NCBI GenBank assembly: GCA_041691135.1
Contig: JBEPVF010000005.1
Span: 21,639 to 85,638, forward strand
From: Candidatus Peribacteria bacterium
GTDB taxonomy: Bacteria; Patescibacteriota; Gracilibacteria; Peribacterales; Peribacteraceae
DNA length: 64,000 bases
Reading direction: 5' to 3'
A program made the translations under genes and the position numbers. The notes under the pieces are model-generated. The model worked only from the letters and a program-made list of their open reading frames with translations, made no database searches and was not told the DNA's origin. Positions 41,761-50,187 of the stretch are shown here, one piece after another (position 1 is the stretch's first letter; the number at the start of each line of letters is the position of its first letter).

Positions 41761-42516
41761 TCAGTAAACTTGGCTGGGATCGAAGAGACGATCATGAACA
41801 ACCATCATCGTACCTCCAAGATATTGACGATGGAAACAGCTTCGATAGCCCTGATGACAGGCTCCGGTCCCCTTTTCCTGTTCGACATCGAGCAAGATAG
41901 CCGGCCCCAGAGGGTCAAAATGAACGCGCCTCACTTTTTGCACATGTCCACTCTGTTCACCTTTGCGCCACAGACGACGGCGACTTCGTGAATAGTAGTG
42001 GGCGAAGCCCGTGTCGAGCGTCGCCTGAAACGCCGCACGGTTCATGTAGGCCAACATCAGCACCTCTGGCCAATCTGTCACAGTGACAGGAATGAGTTGG
42101 CCTCCATCGAGAAATGTGACCGGATTGTCCTCATGAAAATGAGATCTCCAGTCGAATCTACGAGGATTTTGTGAGGCCTGCGGAAGGATCTCAAGAACGA
42201 TGCGCACGGCGTCCGCATCACAATCAAGATATACCTGTTTAATATGATGCTCGTCCGTCAACTGAAGAATTGGGAAGTTCCTCGAAAAACGGAGCCCGAC
42301 CTGTTCGTGATAGAGAAATTGTTCAAGCCTTGAGGCGCAAAGGAAGATGCTTCCTGTGCCATTTCCGTCGTGGTAAGTCGGGTGAATGTACCGCAAATTG
42401 CGGAACAACGCCTTCCACCCTGGTTCGTCGATCCAGCGCTGGAAAACAACGTTTTGATCGATGCACGCGATGACCGGAATCATCTTGTTCTCAAACTGCT
42501 CGAAGTTCGGGCGCAT
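41761..42516 (-). CDS. hisI: phosphoribosyl-AMP cyclohydrolase, tandem two-domain form
   Basis: C-half: LMLAYMN, YYSRSR..LWRKGEQSGH, ACHQGYRSCF; N-half: IPVIA and LDCDADA; AGGAG ribosome site upstream. Confidence 0.88.
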   Translation of the reverse strand: MRPNFEQFENKMIPVIACIDQNVVFQRWIDEPGWKALFRNLRYIHPTYHDGNGTGSIFLCASRLEQFLYHEQVGLRFSRNFPILQLTDEHHIKQVYLDCDADAVRIVLEILPQASQNPRRFDWRSHFHEDNPVTFLDGGQLIPVTVTDWPEVLMLAYMNRAAFQATLDTGFAHYYSRSRRRLWRKGEQSGHVQKVRRVHFDPLGPAILLDVEQEKGTGACHQGYRSCFHRQYLGGTMMVVHDRLFDPSQVY

Positions 42517-42741
42517 GGGACTCTCCTGTAAATGCCGCTGTTGCGAAAGACCGATCACACTTGCTTCGAATCGCCGAGATTCGAAACTTTTTCAATTCGC
42601 CTTTGCGAAAAGCCTCCAACGAGGAGGGGGCGAGATCGATCGATTACTTTGGATTAATTAACTACATCGACACCGGCCCCTCATCGCTGAAGAGTCGGTA
42701 TGAGGCCGCTGTATGAGAATAAAATTTTGAAGCACGGGGCG

Positions 42742-42790
42742 ATGGTACTAGTTACTTTTTATTGTGTCAACGTATTACTACGATGATACG
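42742..42790 (-). promoter_or_regulatory. sigma70 promoter TTGACA-17-TACCAT with abutting palindrome
   Basis: -35 at 42765-42770, -10 at 42742-42747; CGTATTA-N6-TGATACG at 42771-42790. Confidence 0.7.
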
Positions 42791-42814
42791 ATTATGTTTT
42801 CTAATAAAAAAGTA

Positions 42815-43828
42815 TTAGGGCTGTTCATTGGTAAAAGGAAGCACTTTATACACTTCTGAGCTACGCCCTTTTTTCCCTCTCATCAGGGGACTGACTAGAG
42901 GATCTTTTACGCCTCTGCGAGCAAGCTCATGATTTGTTGCCATTTCTTCTGCTGCAGGAACGGCAATCATTAATGAGGATAACTCTGAACCATCGCGCGT
43001 CAGGACCCTGCTTATAGTAGGCCCCGACATTCCTAAATCCTCAAATTTTCTGACTTCTGAAGCAGGGACATGAAAAGTGAATGTTACGAATAAGTTTTGC
43101 TCAAGGGCAGATTCAATTTCAGATCCCAACATTTGTAAAGCAGCCCGAGATGACGCAGAGATCGTTTGCACATTCGTGACAAATAAATCCGTTTGTATAT
43201 TACTAAGGTCAGCAACACCTACATTGGGATAGAACGCCTCATTTCGCACAATCTGCAGACAATTTATTCTCGCTGTCTCACCCGAACCTACAATTTCAAA
43301 AGCAGCTGTATTCAGATCGTTATTCTCTGCCCTTGCTTCCTTCACTCGCGTATCTGCCCCTTTCGTCCTACGCACCCGAGCGTTGATTCCCCATTCTTGC
43401 AATAATTTGTCTAATAGGTGGGGGAAGCTGGTAAATATTCTCCTGTCCGTCAAATCAGACGGCTTCTGAACAGGATTTTCCACAGGGGCCAGTATGTTGA
43501 GCGAACATTGTCCGGCGTTGAGAGGTAACAATTTTGTAACGCTGGGGCTGAAACCATATTCACCGGCTTGCAATCTCGCTTCTTCCAAGACATCGGCGCC
43601 AAATATGATGCCAGCACTGACATTCCTCGTATTCTCTAATGCAATGGCCAATGCATCTGGGCCTTCGATTCCCCTAAAGACAAAATTTCCTTCTCTGATC
43701 TCATCCTCACGATCAAACTTTCCACGAGCAAGGTTCGTGAATTGAGCTCTTTCGGCTAGGTCGCGTAAACTGCTGCGAGACCCATCCTTGAATGATGATT
43801 TGGGAACGATTACTAATTGTTCTTTCAT
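42815..43828 (-). CDS. hisG: divergent long-form ATP phosphoribosyltransferase
   Basis: GIIFGADVLEE, RIFTSFPHL, EIVGSGETARINCL, C-terminal GMSGPTIS..RGVKDPLV correspond to HisG motifs; context with hisI. Confidence 0.75.
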   Translation of the reverse strand: MKEQLVIVPKSSFKDGSRSSLRDLAERAQFTNLARGKFDREDEIREGNFVFRGIEGPDALAIALENTRNVSAGIIFGADVLEEARLQAGEYGFSPSVTKLLPLNAGQCSLNILAPVENPVQKPSDLTDRRIFTSFPHLLDKLLQEWGINARVRRTKGADTRVKEARAENNDLNTAAFEIVGSGETARINCLQIVRNEAFYPNVGVADLSNIQTDLFVTNVQTISASSRAALQMLGSEIESALEQNLFVTFTFHVPASEVRKFEDLGMSGPTISRVLTRDGSELSSLMIAVPAAEEMATNHELARRGVKDPLVSPLMRGKKGRSSEVYKVLPFTNEQP

Positions 43829-43863
43829 AAAAATAGTTGGAAATTACTTAATAAAACAAACGT

Positions 43864-44292
43864 TCACTTCTGCAGATATTTCTGCAGCACCGTCACCGGT
43901 ATTACTTTCTGCGGACCTGTATCGGCAGGTTTTGCTTCATTCATATCAGTTTTTTCCACCGATGCAGGCTTGCTATGCATGCGATGATGCCGATGAGCGT
44001 TCAAAAATTTACGGTAGCCACCCGGCCCGTTCTCGATAAACTTCGCCACACGTGTGACAGTCGTCGTTGATGCGCCGGTTTTCTTAGCCACCTCGCGATA
44101 ACTCATCCCCTGTGCAATCAATTTGGCTACCTCCAACCGCTCACTCCAGGCCTGGAGCTCGCTGAGCGTTCCGATGTCGCGCAAAAGATCGGCCATTTCT
44201 TGCTCCGTTTTGCAGGAAATAAAAGCACTGCACAATGTGCGGAACCAGGGTTCCTTGCGATAACTGTCGTCGGTGAAGCGTACTTTGGACAT
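43864..44292 (-). CDS. YerC/YecD (TrpR-like, HisR-type) regulator
   Basis: LLRDIGTLSEL..WSERLEVAKLI..SYREVAKKTGASTTTVTRVA; start at MSKVRF. Confidence 0.88.
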   Translation of the reverse strand: MSKVRFTDDSYRKEPWFRTLCSAFISCKTEQEMADLLRDIGTLSELQAWSERLEVAKLIAQGMSYREVAKKTGASTTTVTRVAKFIENGPGGYRKFLNAHRHHRMHSKPASVEKTDMNEAKPADTGPQKVIPVTVLQKYLQK

Positions 44293-44314
44293 AGAGAATC
44301 GAGGTAAGAGGGAC

Positions 44315-44364
44315 ACAGTATGCGCCGAACGAATATGTGTCAATGTTTTATCACATTAAAACAT
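44315..44364 (-). promoter_or_regulatory. sigma70 promoter TTGACA-17-TACTGT with abutting palindrome
   Basis: -35 at 44338-44343; ATGTTTTA-TCACAT-TAAAACAT at 44343-44364. Confidence 0.7.
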
Positions 44365-44413
44365 AGTACTGGCCCAAAAGTCATACATTCAAGCCATACA
44401 CGTCTTATTATGT

Positions 44414-44962
44414 ATGATCCCCTCCTCCCTTCTATCGGCCACTGCAGCGTCGAGTACGAGTGATTTACTGGCATTCTTAGACCATCAGCACCATTCATGT
44501 GAGCGCACCAAAAAAGCCTTTGAGGCAGGTATGTATGTCGAAGCGCTGTATTTATCGATAGCTCAGTTGCACGCCGTTCTACGAAAAGCTCTGTGGGTGC
44601 AATCACAGCTGACTGCATTCGAAAGTTCAGTTGATGTGACGAGCGATCCAGATTTACAGGCAATGATTCAAGATTCAACCGATATGATGCCCGAAGGAGT
44701 GCACGACCGGCAGCTGTACTACGCTGCCGAAAAATTCGGTGTGCTGAAACCGGACATTGGGAAACAGTTGGCCGAAGTTTTTGAGCGGGTCAAACTGACA
44801 CTACGGAGTCTGTTCAGCGATTCCACGACTGCCGCAACTGTATCGTACGATGACCTACGAGAACCGGCGAAAGAATTCCTCGAGCAAGTGGAGACAACCA
44901 TTGATGACTTACAAAAACAGTCACTGCTTCTTACGGAGCATCTGGAAAATAATCTCCCATAA
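44414..44962 (+). CDS. hypothetical helical protein
   Basis: 182-aa ORF with plausible composition. Confidence 0.65.
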   Translation: MIPSSLLSATAASSTSDLLAFLDHQHHSCERTKKAFEAGMYVEALYLSIAQLHAVLRKALWVQSQLTAFESSVDVTSDPDLQAMIQDSTDMMPEGVHDRQLYYAAEKFGVLKPDIGKQLAEVFERVKLTLRSLFSDSTTAATVSYDDLREPAKEFLEQVETTIDDLQKQSLLLTEHLENNLP

Positions 44963-44968
44963 AGGTCC

Positions 44969-44996
44969 GCACCCGTCAGTTTGAACCGACGGGTGC
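44969..44996. terminator. GC-rich hairpin between convergent genes
   Basis: CGCACCCGTC...GACGGGTGCG; no U-tract. Confidence 0.4.
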
Positions 44997-45004
44997 GCCG
45001 GTCT

Positions 45005-45250
45005 TCAGACCAGTAGCTCATCGACAGCTAGCTTGACTGGCTTCTTTCTGTCGCGGAGCCTGCACTGATCGACACAAAGAAGATTGATCGAGCTACACGC
45101 CAGGACCAACCACGCCGATCCCAATTCGTACGTTACAAAGTACGATTCGGAAACCGCTCCTGATTTGTAGAGGTTGTAGCAGCCAACCTGTCCTGTAATC
45201 AGCAAGACTAGGGAGGCAAAGAACAATAGAACTGCCCGCATTTCTCTCAT
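45005..45250 (-). CDS. small membrane hypothetical protein
   Basis: Two hydrophobic segments; start uncertain. Confidence 0.4.
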   Translation of the reverse strand: MREMRAVLLFFASLVLLITGQVGCYNLYKSGAVSESYFVTYELGSAWLVLACSSINLLCVDQCRLRDRKKPVKLAVDELLV

Positions 45251-45337
45251 TCGAGTTCTCCAAGGCCCAAAGACCGCATCCGTATCACCTAAGCGATACA
45301 CGTGCGGTCATTGTAGCAATAAATCAGAGTAAACCCT

Positions 45338-47440
45338 TTATTTTCCTCCGGCCCTCGCGGCCACGATTTCTTCAACCTTATTCTTCGGCATTTTGGCGTA
45401 GTGGCTTGGCTCCATGGAGTAGCTGGCACGTCCCTGGGTCATCGAGCGCATATCGGTGGCGTAGCCGAACATTTCGGATAGCGGCACATTTGCATTGATC
45501 ACTTTGGCAGTACCGCGGTCACCGGTCTCGAGGATGAGTCCGCGACGCGCATTGAGGTCGCCCATGATATCGCCGAAGAACTGCTCCGGCGTGACGACTT
45601 CCACTTTCATGATCGGTTCGAGAATCACTGGGTCTGCCTTTTTGGCTGCCGCCTGGAAGCCGATGGATGCGGCCATTTTGAAGGCGAATTCGTTGGAGTC
45701 GACATCGTGGTACGAACCGTCGGTCAGATCCACGGCTACATCCACCACCGGATAACCGGCCAGGATGCCGCGGCTCATTCCTTCCTGGAAACCCTTGTCG
45801 CATGGCGTGATGAACTCGCGGGGAATGCGGCCCGACACGATGTTGTTGATGAATTCGTAACCCTTGCCCGGTTCCTGCGGAATCAGCGTGAACACGACGT
45901 GACCGTACTGACCGCGGCCGCCGGATTGCTTGACGTACTTCTCCTCGTGTTCGACTTGCTTCTGAATTGTCTCGCGATAGGCCACTTGCGGCTTGCCGAT
46001 GTTACTCTCCACTTTGAACTCGCGGCGCATGCGGTCGCAGATGATATCAAGATGCAGTTCACCCATGCCGGAGAGGATCGTCTGACCGGTCTCGTCATCG
46101 GTGCGGACGCGCAGCGTCGGATCTTCTTCGACCAACTTACTGAGGGCGATGCCCATTTTCTCTTGGTCAGCTTTGGTTTTCGGTTCAACAGCGATGCTGA
46201 TCACCGGCTCGGCGAAGGTGATGGCCTCGAGCTGGATTGGCTTGTCCTCGTCGCAGATGGTATCGCCGGTGCGCGTTTCCTTGAGTCCGATGGCGGCGCC
46301 GATATCTCCTGCTTCGATCTTGTCGATTTCCTGGCGTGAGTTGGCATGCAGACGAACGATGCGGCCGATACGTTCTTTGTTGCCGGTTCGGGCGTTGTAC
46401 ACGTAGCTGCCCGATGTGAGCACACCGGAGTACACGCGAATGAAGGTCAGTTTTCCGACGAACGGATCGGTGGCGATCTTGAAGGCGACGGCGGCCAATG
46501 GCTCATCCGCGCTGGCTTTGCGTTCAAGTACATCGCCGGATTTTGGATCAATTCCTTTGATAGGCGGAATATCGAGCGGCGCCGGCAGATAGTTGACAAC
46601 GGCATCGAGCACCAACTGCACACCCATATTCTGCAGCGATGATCCGCACAGAACCGGATAAATTTTGTTGGCGACGGTGGCGACGCGGATGCCTTCCATC
46701 AATTCGACATCAGTCAAAACTCCATTGTTGAGGTACTTATCGAGCAGGTCGTCCGACGAGTTTTCGGCGACCTTCTCCATCAACTGACTGCGGTATTCCT
46801 TCACTTGATTCATCATGTCCTCCGGAATCGGAATCTCTTTGCGCACATCACCCATCTTTCCCTCGAACGTGTAGGCCTTCATGCCGATCAGATCGATGAT
46901 GCCCGAGAATTCGGACTCGGCACCGATCGGCAACTGAATTGGCACAGCGTTTTTGCTCAGACGGTCGTAGATCGAATCGAGTGACATGTAGAAATCGCCG
47001 CCGGTCTTGTCCATCTTGTTGACGAATGCCAAGCGTGGCACATGGTATTTGTCGGCCTGACGCCACACGGTTTCGGACTGCGGTTCTACGCCCTGTGATC
47101 CGTCGAAGACGACTACGCCTCCGTCGAGCACGCGAAGCGAACGTTCCACCTCGGCTGTAAAGTCGACGTGTCCCGGCGTGTCGATCAGGTTGATCACCGT
47201 ATCGCGCTCCTCGGTTTCGGTGTGGTACTTGCTCTTCCAATGGGCCTGTGTGGCAGCAGATGTAATCGTGATACCGCGCTCACGTTCCTGTTCCATCCAG
47301 TCCATCGTCGCTTCACCTTCATGCACTTCACCGATTTTGTGCGTGCGTCCGGTGTAGTACAGGATACGTTCGGACGTCGTCGTTTTACCGGCATCGATGT
47401 GCGCGATAATTCCAATGTTACGAAGATTCTTGAGATCCAT
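45338..47440 (-). CDS. fusA: elongation factor G
   Basis: [36 protein letters not shown]. Confidence 0.98.
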   Translation of the reverse strand: MDLKNLRNIGIIAHIDAGKTTTSERILYYTGRTHKIGEVHEGEATMDWMEQERERGITITSAATQAHWKSKYHTETEERDTVINLIDTPGHVDFTAEVERSLRVLDGGVVVFDGSQGVEPQSETVWRQADKYHVPRLAFVNKMDKTGGDFYMSLDSIYDRLSKNAVPIQLPIGAESEFSGIIDLIGMKAYTFEGKMGDVRKEIPIPEDMMNQVKEYRSQLMEKVAENSSDDLLDKYLNNGVLTDVELMEGIRVATVANKIYPVLCGSSLQNMGVQLVLDAVVNYLPAPLDIPPIKGIDPKSGDVLERKASADEPLAAVAFKIATDPFVGKLTFIRVYSGVLTSGSYVYNARTGNKERIGRIVRLHANSRQEIDKIEAGDIGAAIGLKETRTGDTICDEDKPIQLEAITFAEPVISIAVEPKTKADQEKMGIALSKLVEEDPTLRVRTDDETGQTILSGMGELHLDIICDRMRREFKVESNIGKPQVAYRETIQKQVEHEEKYVKQSGGRGQYGHVVFTLIPQEPGKGYEFINNIVSGRIPREFITPCDKGFQEGMSRGILAGYPVVDVAVDLTDGSYHDVDSNEFAFKMAASIGFQAAAKKADPVILEPIMKVEVVTPEQFFGDIMGDLNARRGLILETGDRGTAKVINANVPLSEMFGYATDMRSMTQGRASYSMEPSHYAKMPKNKVEEIVAARAGGK

Positions 47441-47559
47441 GGTACGTATGAGAAAGAGATGGAAAACTGCCTCCGAAGGTCTTTGCATCTGGAAGCAGAC
47501 TCCAAAGCCCTTAAAGCCGCAAAACTATAGGGAAATGACCATTAGATTGCAATTAAAAT

Positions 47560-47916
47560 TCAAGCAACTAAAGCCATAGGAAAGACCCGTTTCATTTCAC
47601 TATTTAGGTCCCGTATAGCATGCAAAGCTTCGTATGTAGACTTAAGAGGACTCTGCTGCGTTTCCAACGCTGTCTTTGCCTGATCGAGAAGTTCCAAAAC
47701 ATTGTCGCGAATGGCCGAATGAAGGCGGTAGAAGTCTGCATGATGTACAGCTATCAGTTCACAGAGACGTTGATGAAATACTTTGACCGATTCTTGGGTG
47801 TGATCGGGTGTATGACGCAGATCGCTCTCAAATCTTGTCGTAGCTCCTTTGAGAACAGCGTCTTTATAAAGTGTTAAAGTAAGGTTATCAGACATATCTT
47901 CTACTGTATCACGCAC
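47560..47916 (-). CDS. hypothetical protein
   Basis: Co-oriented ORF between rpsG and fusA. Confidence 0.55.
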   Translation of the reverse strand: MRDTVEDMSDNLTLTLYKDAVLKGATTRFESDLRHTPDHTQESVKVFHQRLCELIAVHHADFYRLHSAIRDNVLELLDQAKTALETQQSPLKSTYEALHAIRDLNSEMKRVFPMALVA

Positions 47917-47930
47917 AGCCTGCTCTCACA

Positions 47931-48368
47931 CTAGATCATAATTTCTGTAATTCGATGCAGCACAACAAACACAAAGATGCCTGCCATTAACGGGAATACT
48001 ATCGAGCGCAATGGTTGGGCTACTGTGGTTCTGACCGTTGAGATAATCCTTAACGGCCTTTTAGTTGTTATAGATTGTGCTACGTCATTCCTGATCAGAA
48101 GCTGAATACGTGACTCGATGGCAGTCTGAATGCGATGCCGAATCACCGGACTCACCGGATCGACCTCGGTAGCACCTCTCAAGGGCTCCAGCTCGGCACT
48201 CAGTTCCTGGAACACGCTGTCTGGAATCGTCGACCAGCCCATCTCTTCGAGCACGCTGGGAACAATCAATTGCTGTTCCTGCAGACGACAGAAACACGTC
48301 TCGCATTCCATCTCAATAATCTTCCTGGCAAGACCATTTTCCCATGGATTGAACGTCTTCTTCGGCAT
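47931..48368 (-). CDS. hypothetical protein with C-terminal TM helix
   Basis: ORF preceded by a consensus promoter. Confidence 0.6.
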   Translation of the reverse strand: MPKKTFNPWENGLARKIIEMECETCFCRLQEQQLIVPSVLEEMGWSTIPDSVFQELSAELEPLRGATEVDPVSPVIRHRIQTAIESRIQLLIRNDVAQSITTKRPLRIISTVRTTVAQPLRSIVFPLMAGIFVFVVLHRITEIMI

Positions 48369-48403
48369 AAGTGTGAGTGTTTGTATGAAAATTGAGCGAA
48401 AAT

Positions 48404-48431
48404 ATTATACTCTTTTTGACAAGATTGTCAA
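48404..48431 (-). promoter_or_regulatory. consensus sigma70 promoter TTGACA-16-TATAAT overlapped by palindrome
   Basis: -35 at 48426-48431, -10 at 48404-48409; TTGACA-AGAT-TGTCAA at 48416-48431. Confidence 0.65.
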
Positions 48432-48480
48432 TGGTCTACAGCTGGGACATTTCTTCACCTCTGCCGCCGATTGTTTGTAT

Positions 48481-49137
48481 TCATGAATACAAGCCATTTG
48501 AGGTGTAGTTGTCCAATAAAAATACCAAATTACTTATGTAACGATAGTTAAGATCGAACGGTGTAGTACGTGCGAGGGTAGAAAGATGCGCTTGGCATTC
48601 TTGAAAACGTTCTTGTGTCCATAGACGCGGAAAATGAGTAGCAAGCTCATTTGCCATAAGTAACAATTCTCGGGCTTTGTTGACTTGTTCGGACGAATCA
48701 TTCGATCTTTCAGCAACGATCACATCCCCGAGTATCCTTTGGTATGTACTCAGTACATCCTCTCCTACATCCACATTGTCGACAGGATCAGGTATGAAAA
48801 TATTTTCTCTCGCACAGAGATTCAATGCCTTCTCAATTTTGCGTAAAAAAATCACCACTGAGGAAGCTAGTGTCTGTTCTGTGTTTCTTGGCGCTGAATG
48901 TAGCTGTGCGACGGTCGCAGAAGCCTGTTCCACGATATACGCTAATGCAGTGGACTCTGAATCTTGTTGCAATAATCGGCAAAAGCCGTCACGAAATCTG
49001 TCGATGTATGTGCCAAAAACGGCAATCGTGTCGGGTGAATAATCAATCTCATATCCATTGAAAGCGGAGGCTATCAAATTTGTTCCATTTGTCAGCCGGT
49101 TGATTGCCACTTCGCTCTGGGCAGATCGCATAAGCAA
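48481..49137 (-). CDS. hypothetical helical protein
   Basis: 218-aa lower-GC ORF. Confidence 0.6.
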   Translation of the reverse strand: MLMRSAQSEVAINRLTNGTNLIASAFNGYEIDYSPDTIAVFGTYIDRFRDGFCRLLQQDSESTALAYIVEQASATVAQLHSAPRNTEQTLASSVVIFLRKIEKALNLCARENIFIPDPVDNVDVGEDVLSTYQRILGDVIVAERSNDSSEQVNKARELLLMANELATHFPRLWTQERFQECQAHLSTLARTTPFDLNYRYISNLVFLLDNYTSNGLYS

Positions 49138-49206
49138 AATACTAGCAAATTCAAGCTAAACCACAACCAGCACCACCATGCGCACTGTTACTTCACCTGT
49201 TGCCTC

Positions 49207-49659
49207 TTATTTGGCAAGGTGAGCGAATGCCTTATTCGCCTGTGCCATCTTCAGCACATCCTGCTTCTTTTTGATGGCGGCACCTTGATCGGCGGAGGCA
49301 TCGAGCAGTTCGAGAGCGAGCTTGTGGGCCATCGGCACGCCTTTGCGCGAGCGGGCAGCCGTGAGTATCCATCGGATTGATAAGGCTTGCTGACGCTTGG
49401 GGTTCACTTCGACCGGCACCTGGTACACCGAACCTCCCACGCGCTTCGGACGCACTTCTATCACCGGCGTCACATTCAGTAATGCTTTGTTGAAGACTTC
49501 CAAAGGAGCTTCCTTCGTGCGGGTTTTGATGATTTCCAGCGTATCGTGGAAAATGCCGCGCGCGATCGACTTCTTGCCCTGCATCATCAGACAGTTGATA
49601 AATTTCTCGATGAGCGGATCGGAACCTTCGGGGATGTATTGCTTTACTGCTTTCGCCAT
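49207..49659 (-). CDS. rpsG: 30S ribosomal protein S7
   Basis: GKKSIA, RVGGSVYQVP, MAQANKAFAH. Confidence 0.97.
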   Translation of the reverse strand: MAKAVKQYIPEGSDPLIEKFINCLMMQGKKSIARGIFHDTLEIIKTRTKEAPLEVFNKALLNVTPVIEVRPKRVGGSVYQVPVEVNPKRQQALSIRWILTAARSRKGVPMAHKLALELLDASADQGAAIKKKQDVLKMAQANKAFAHLAK

Positions 49660-49694
49660 AGTGATAAGGAAATGATGAGAGGAATAACGTTAAA

Positions 49695-50126
49695 TTATTT
49701 TGCGACAGCGGCCTTCGGCCTCTTGGCGCCGTAACGGGAACGACCCTGCTTGCGATCGCGAACGCCTTCGGTATCGAGCACGCCGCGAACGATGTGGTAG
49801 CGGACTCCCGGCAAATCTTTCACACGGCCACCGCGGATCAGGACCACGCTGTGTTCCTGAAGGTTATGGCCTTCTCCCATGATGTATGCGTTCACTTCGT
49901 GGCCATTCGTCAAACGCACGCGGGCGATTTTACGCAGAGCGGAGTTCGGCTTCTTCGGCGTCATTGTCTTCACTTTGATACACACACCGCGCTTGAACGG
50001 CGATCCTTTGGCCAACGGCACTACGCGCATGTTCAGCGTGTTGAGAGTCGATTGGAGCGCAATGGCTTTCGACTTGCGGCGCTTCTTCTGACGCGGCCGG
50101 CGGATGAGCTGATTGGCGGTAGGCAT
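49695..50126 (-). CDS. rpsL: 30S ribosomal protein S12
   Basis: [22 protein letters not shown]. Confidence 0.98.
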   Translation of the reverse strand: MPTANQLIRRPRQKKRRKSKAIALQSTLNTLNMRVVPLAKGSPFKRGVCIKVKTMTPKKPNSALRKIARVRLTNGHEVNAYIMGEGHNLQEHSVVLIRGGRVKDLPGVRYHIVRGVLDTEGVRDRKQGRSRYGAKRPKAAVAK

Positions 50127-50187
50127 GGGGTGGGAATGGTAGAGGGATGCGGATGGGAAGTAAAGATGTCAGAAAGGGCGTATAGAT

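Noticed and set aside
42744-42755. GTACTAGTTAC as a TrpR operator
   Set aside because: Only a half-site inside the promoter spacer; the palindrome at 42771-42790 matches the second promoter and is the better candidate
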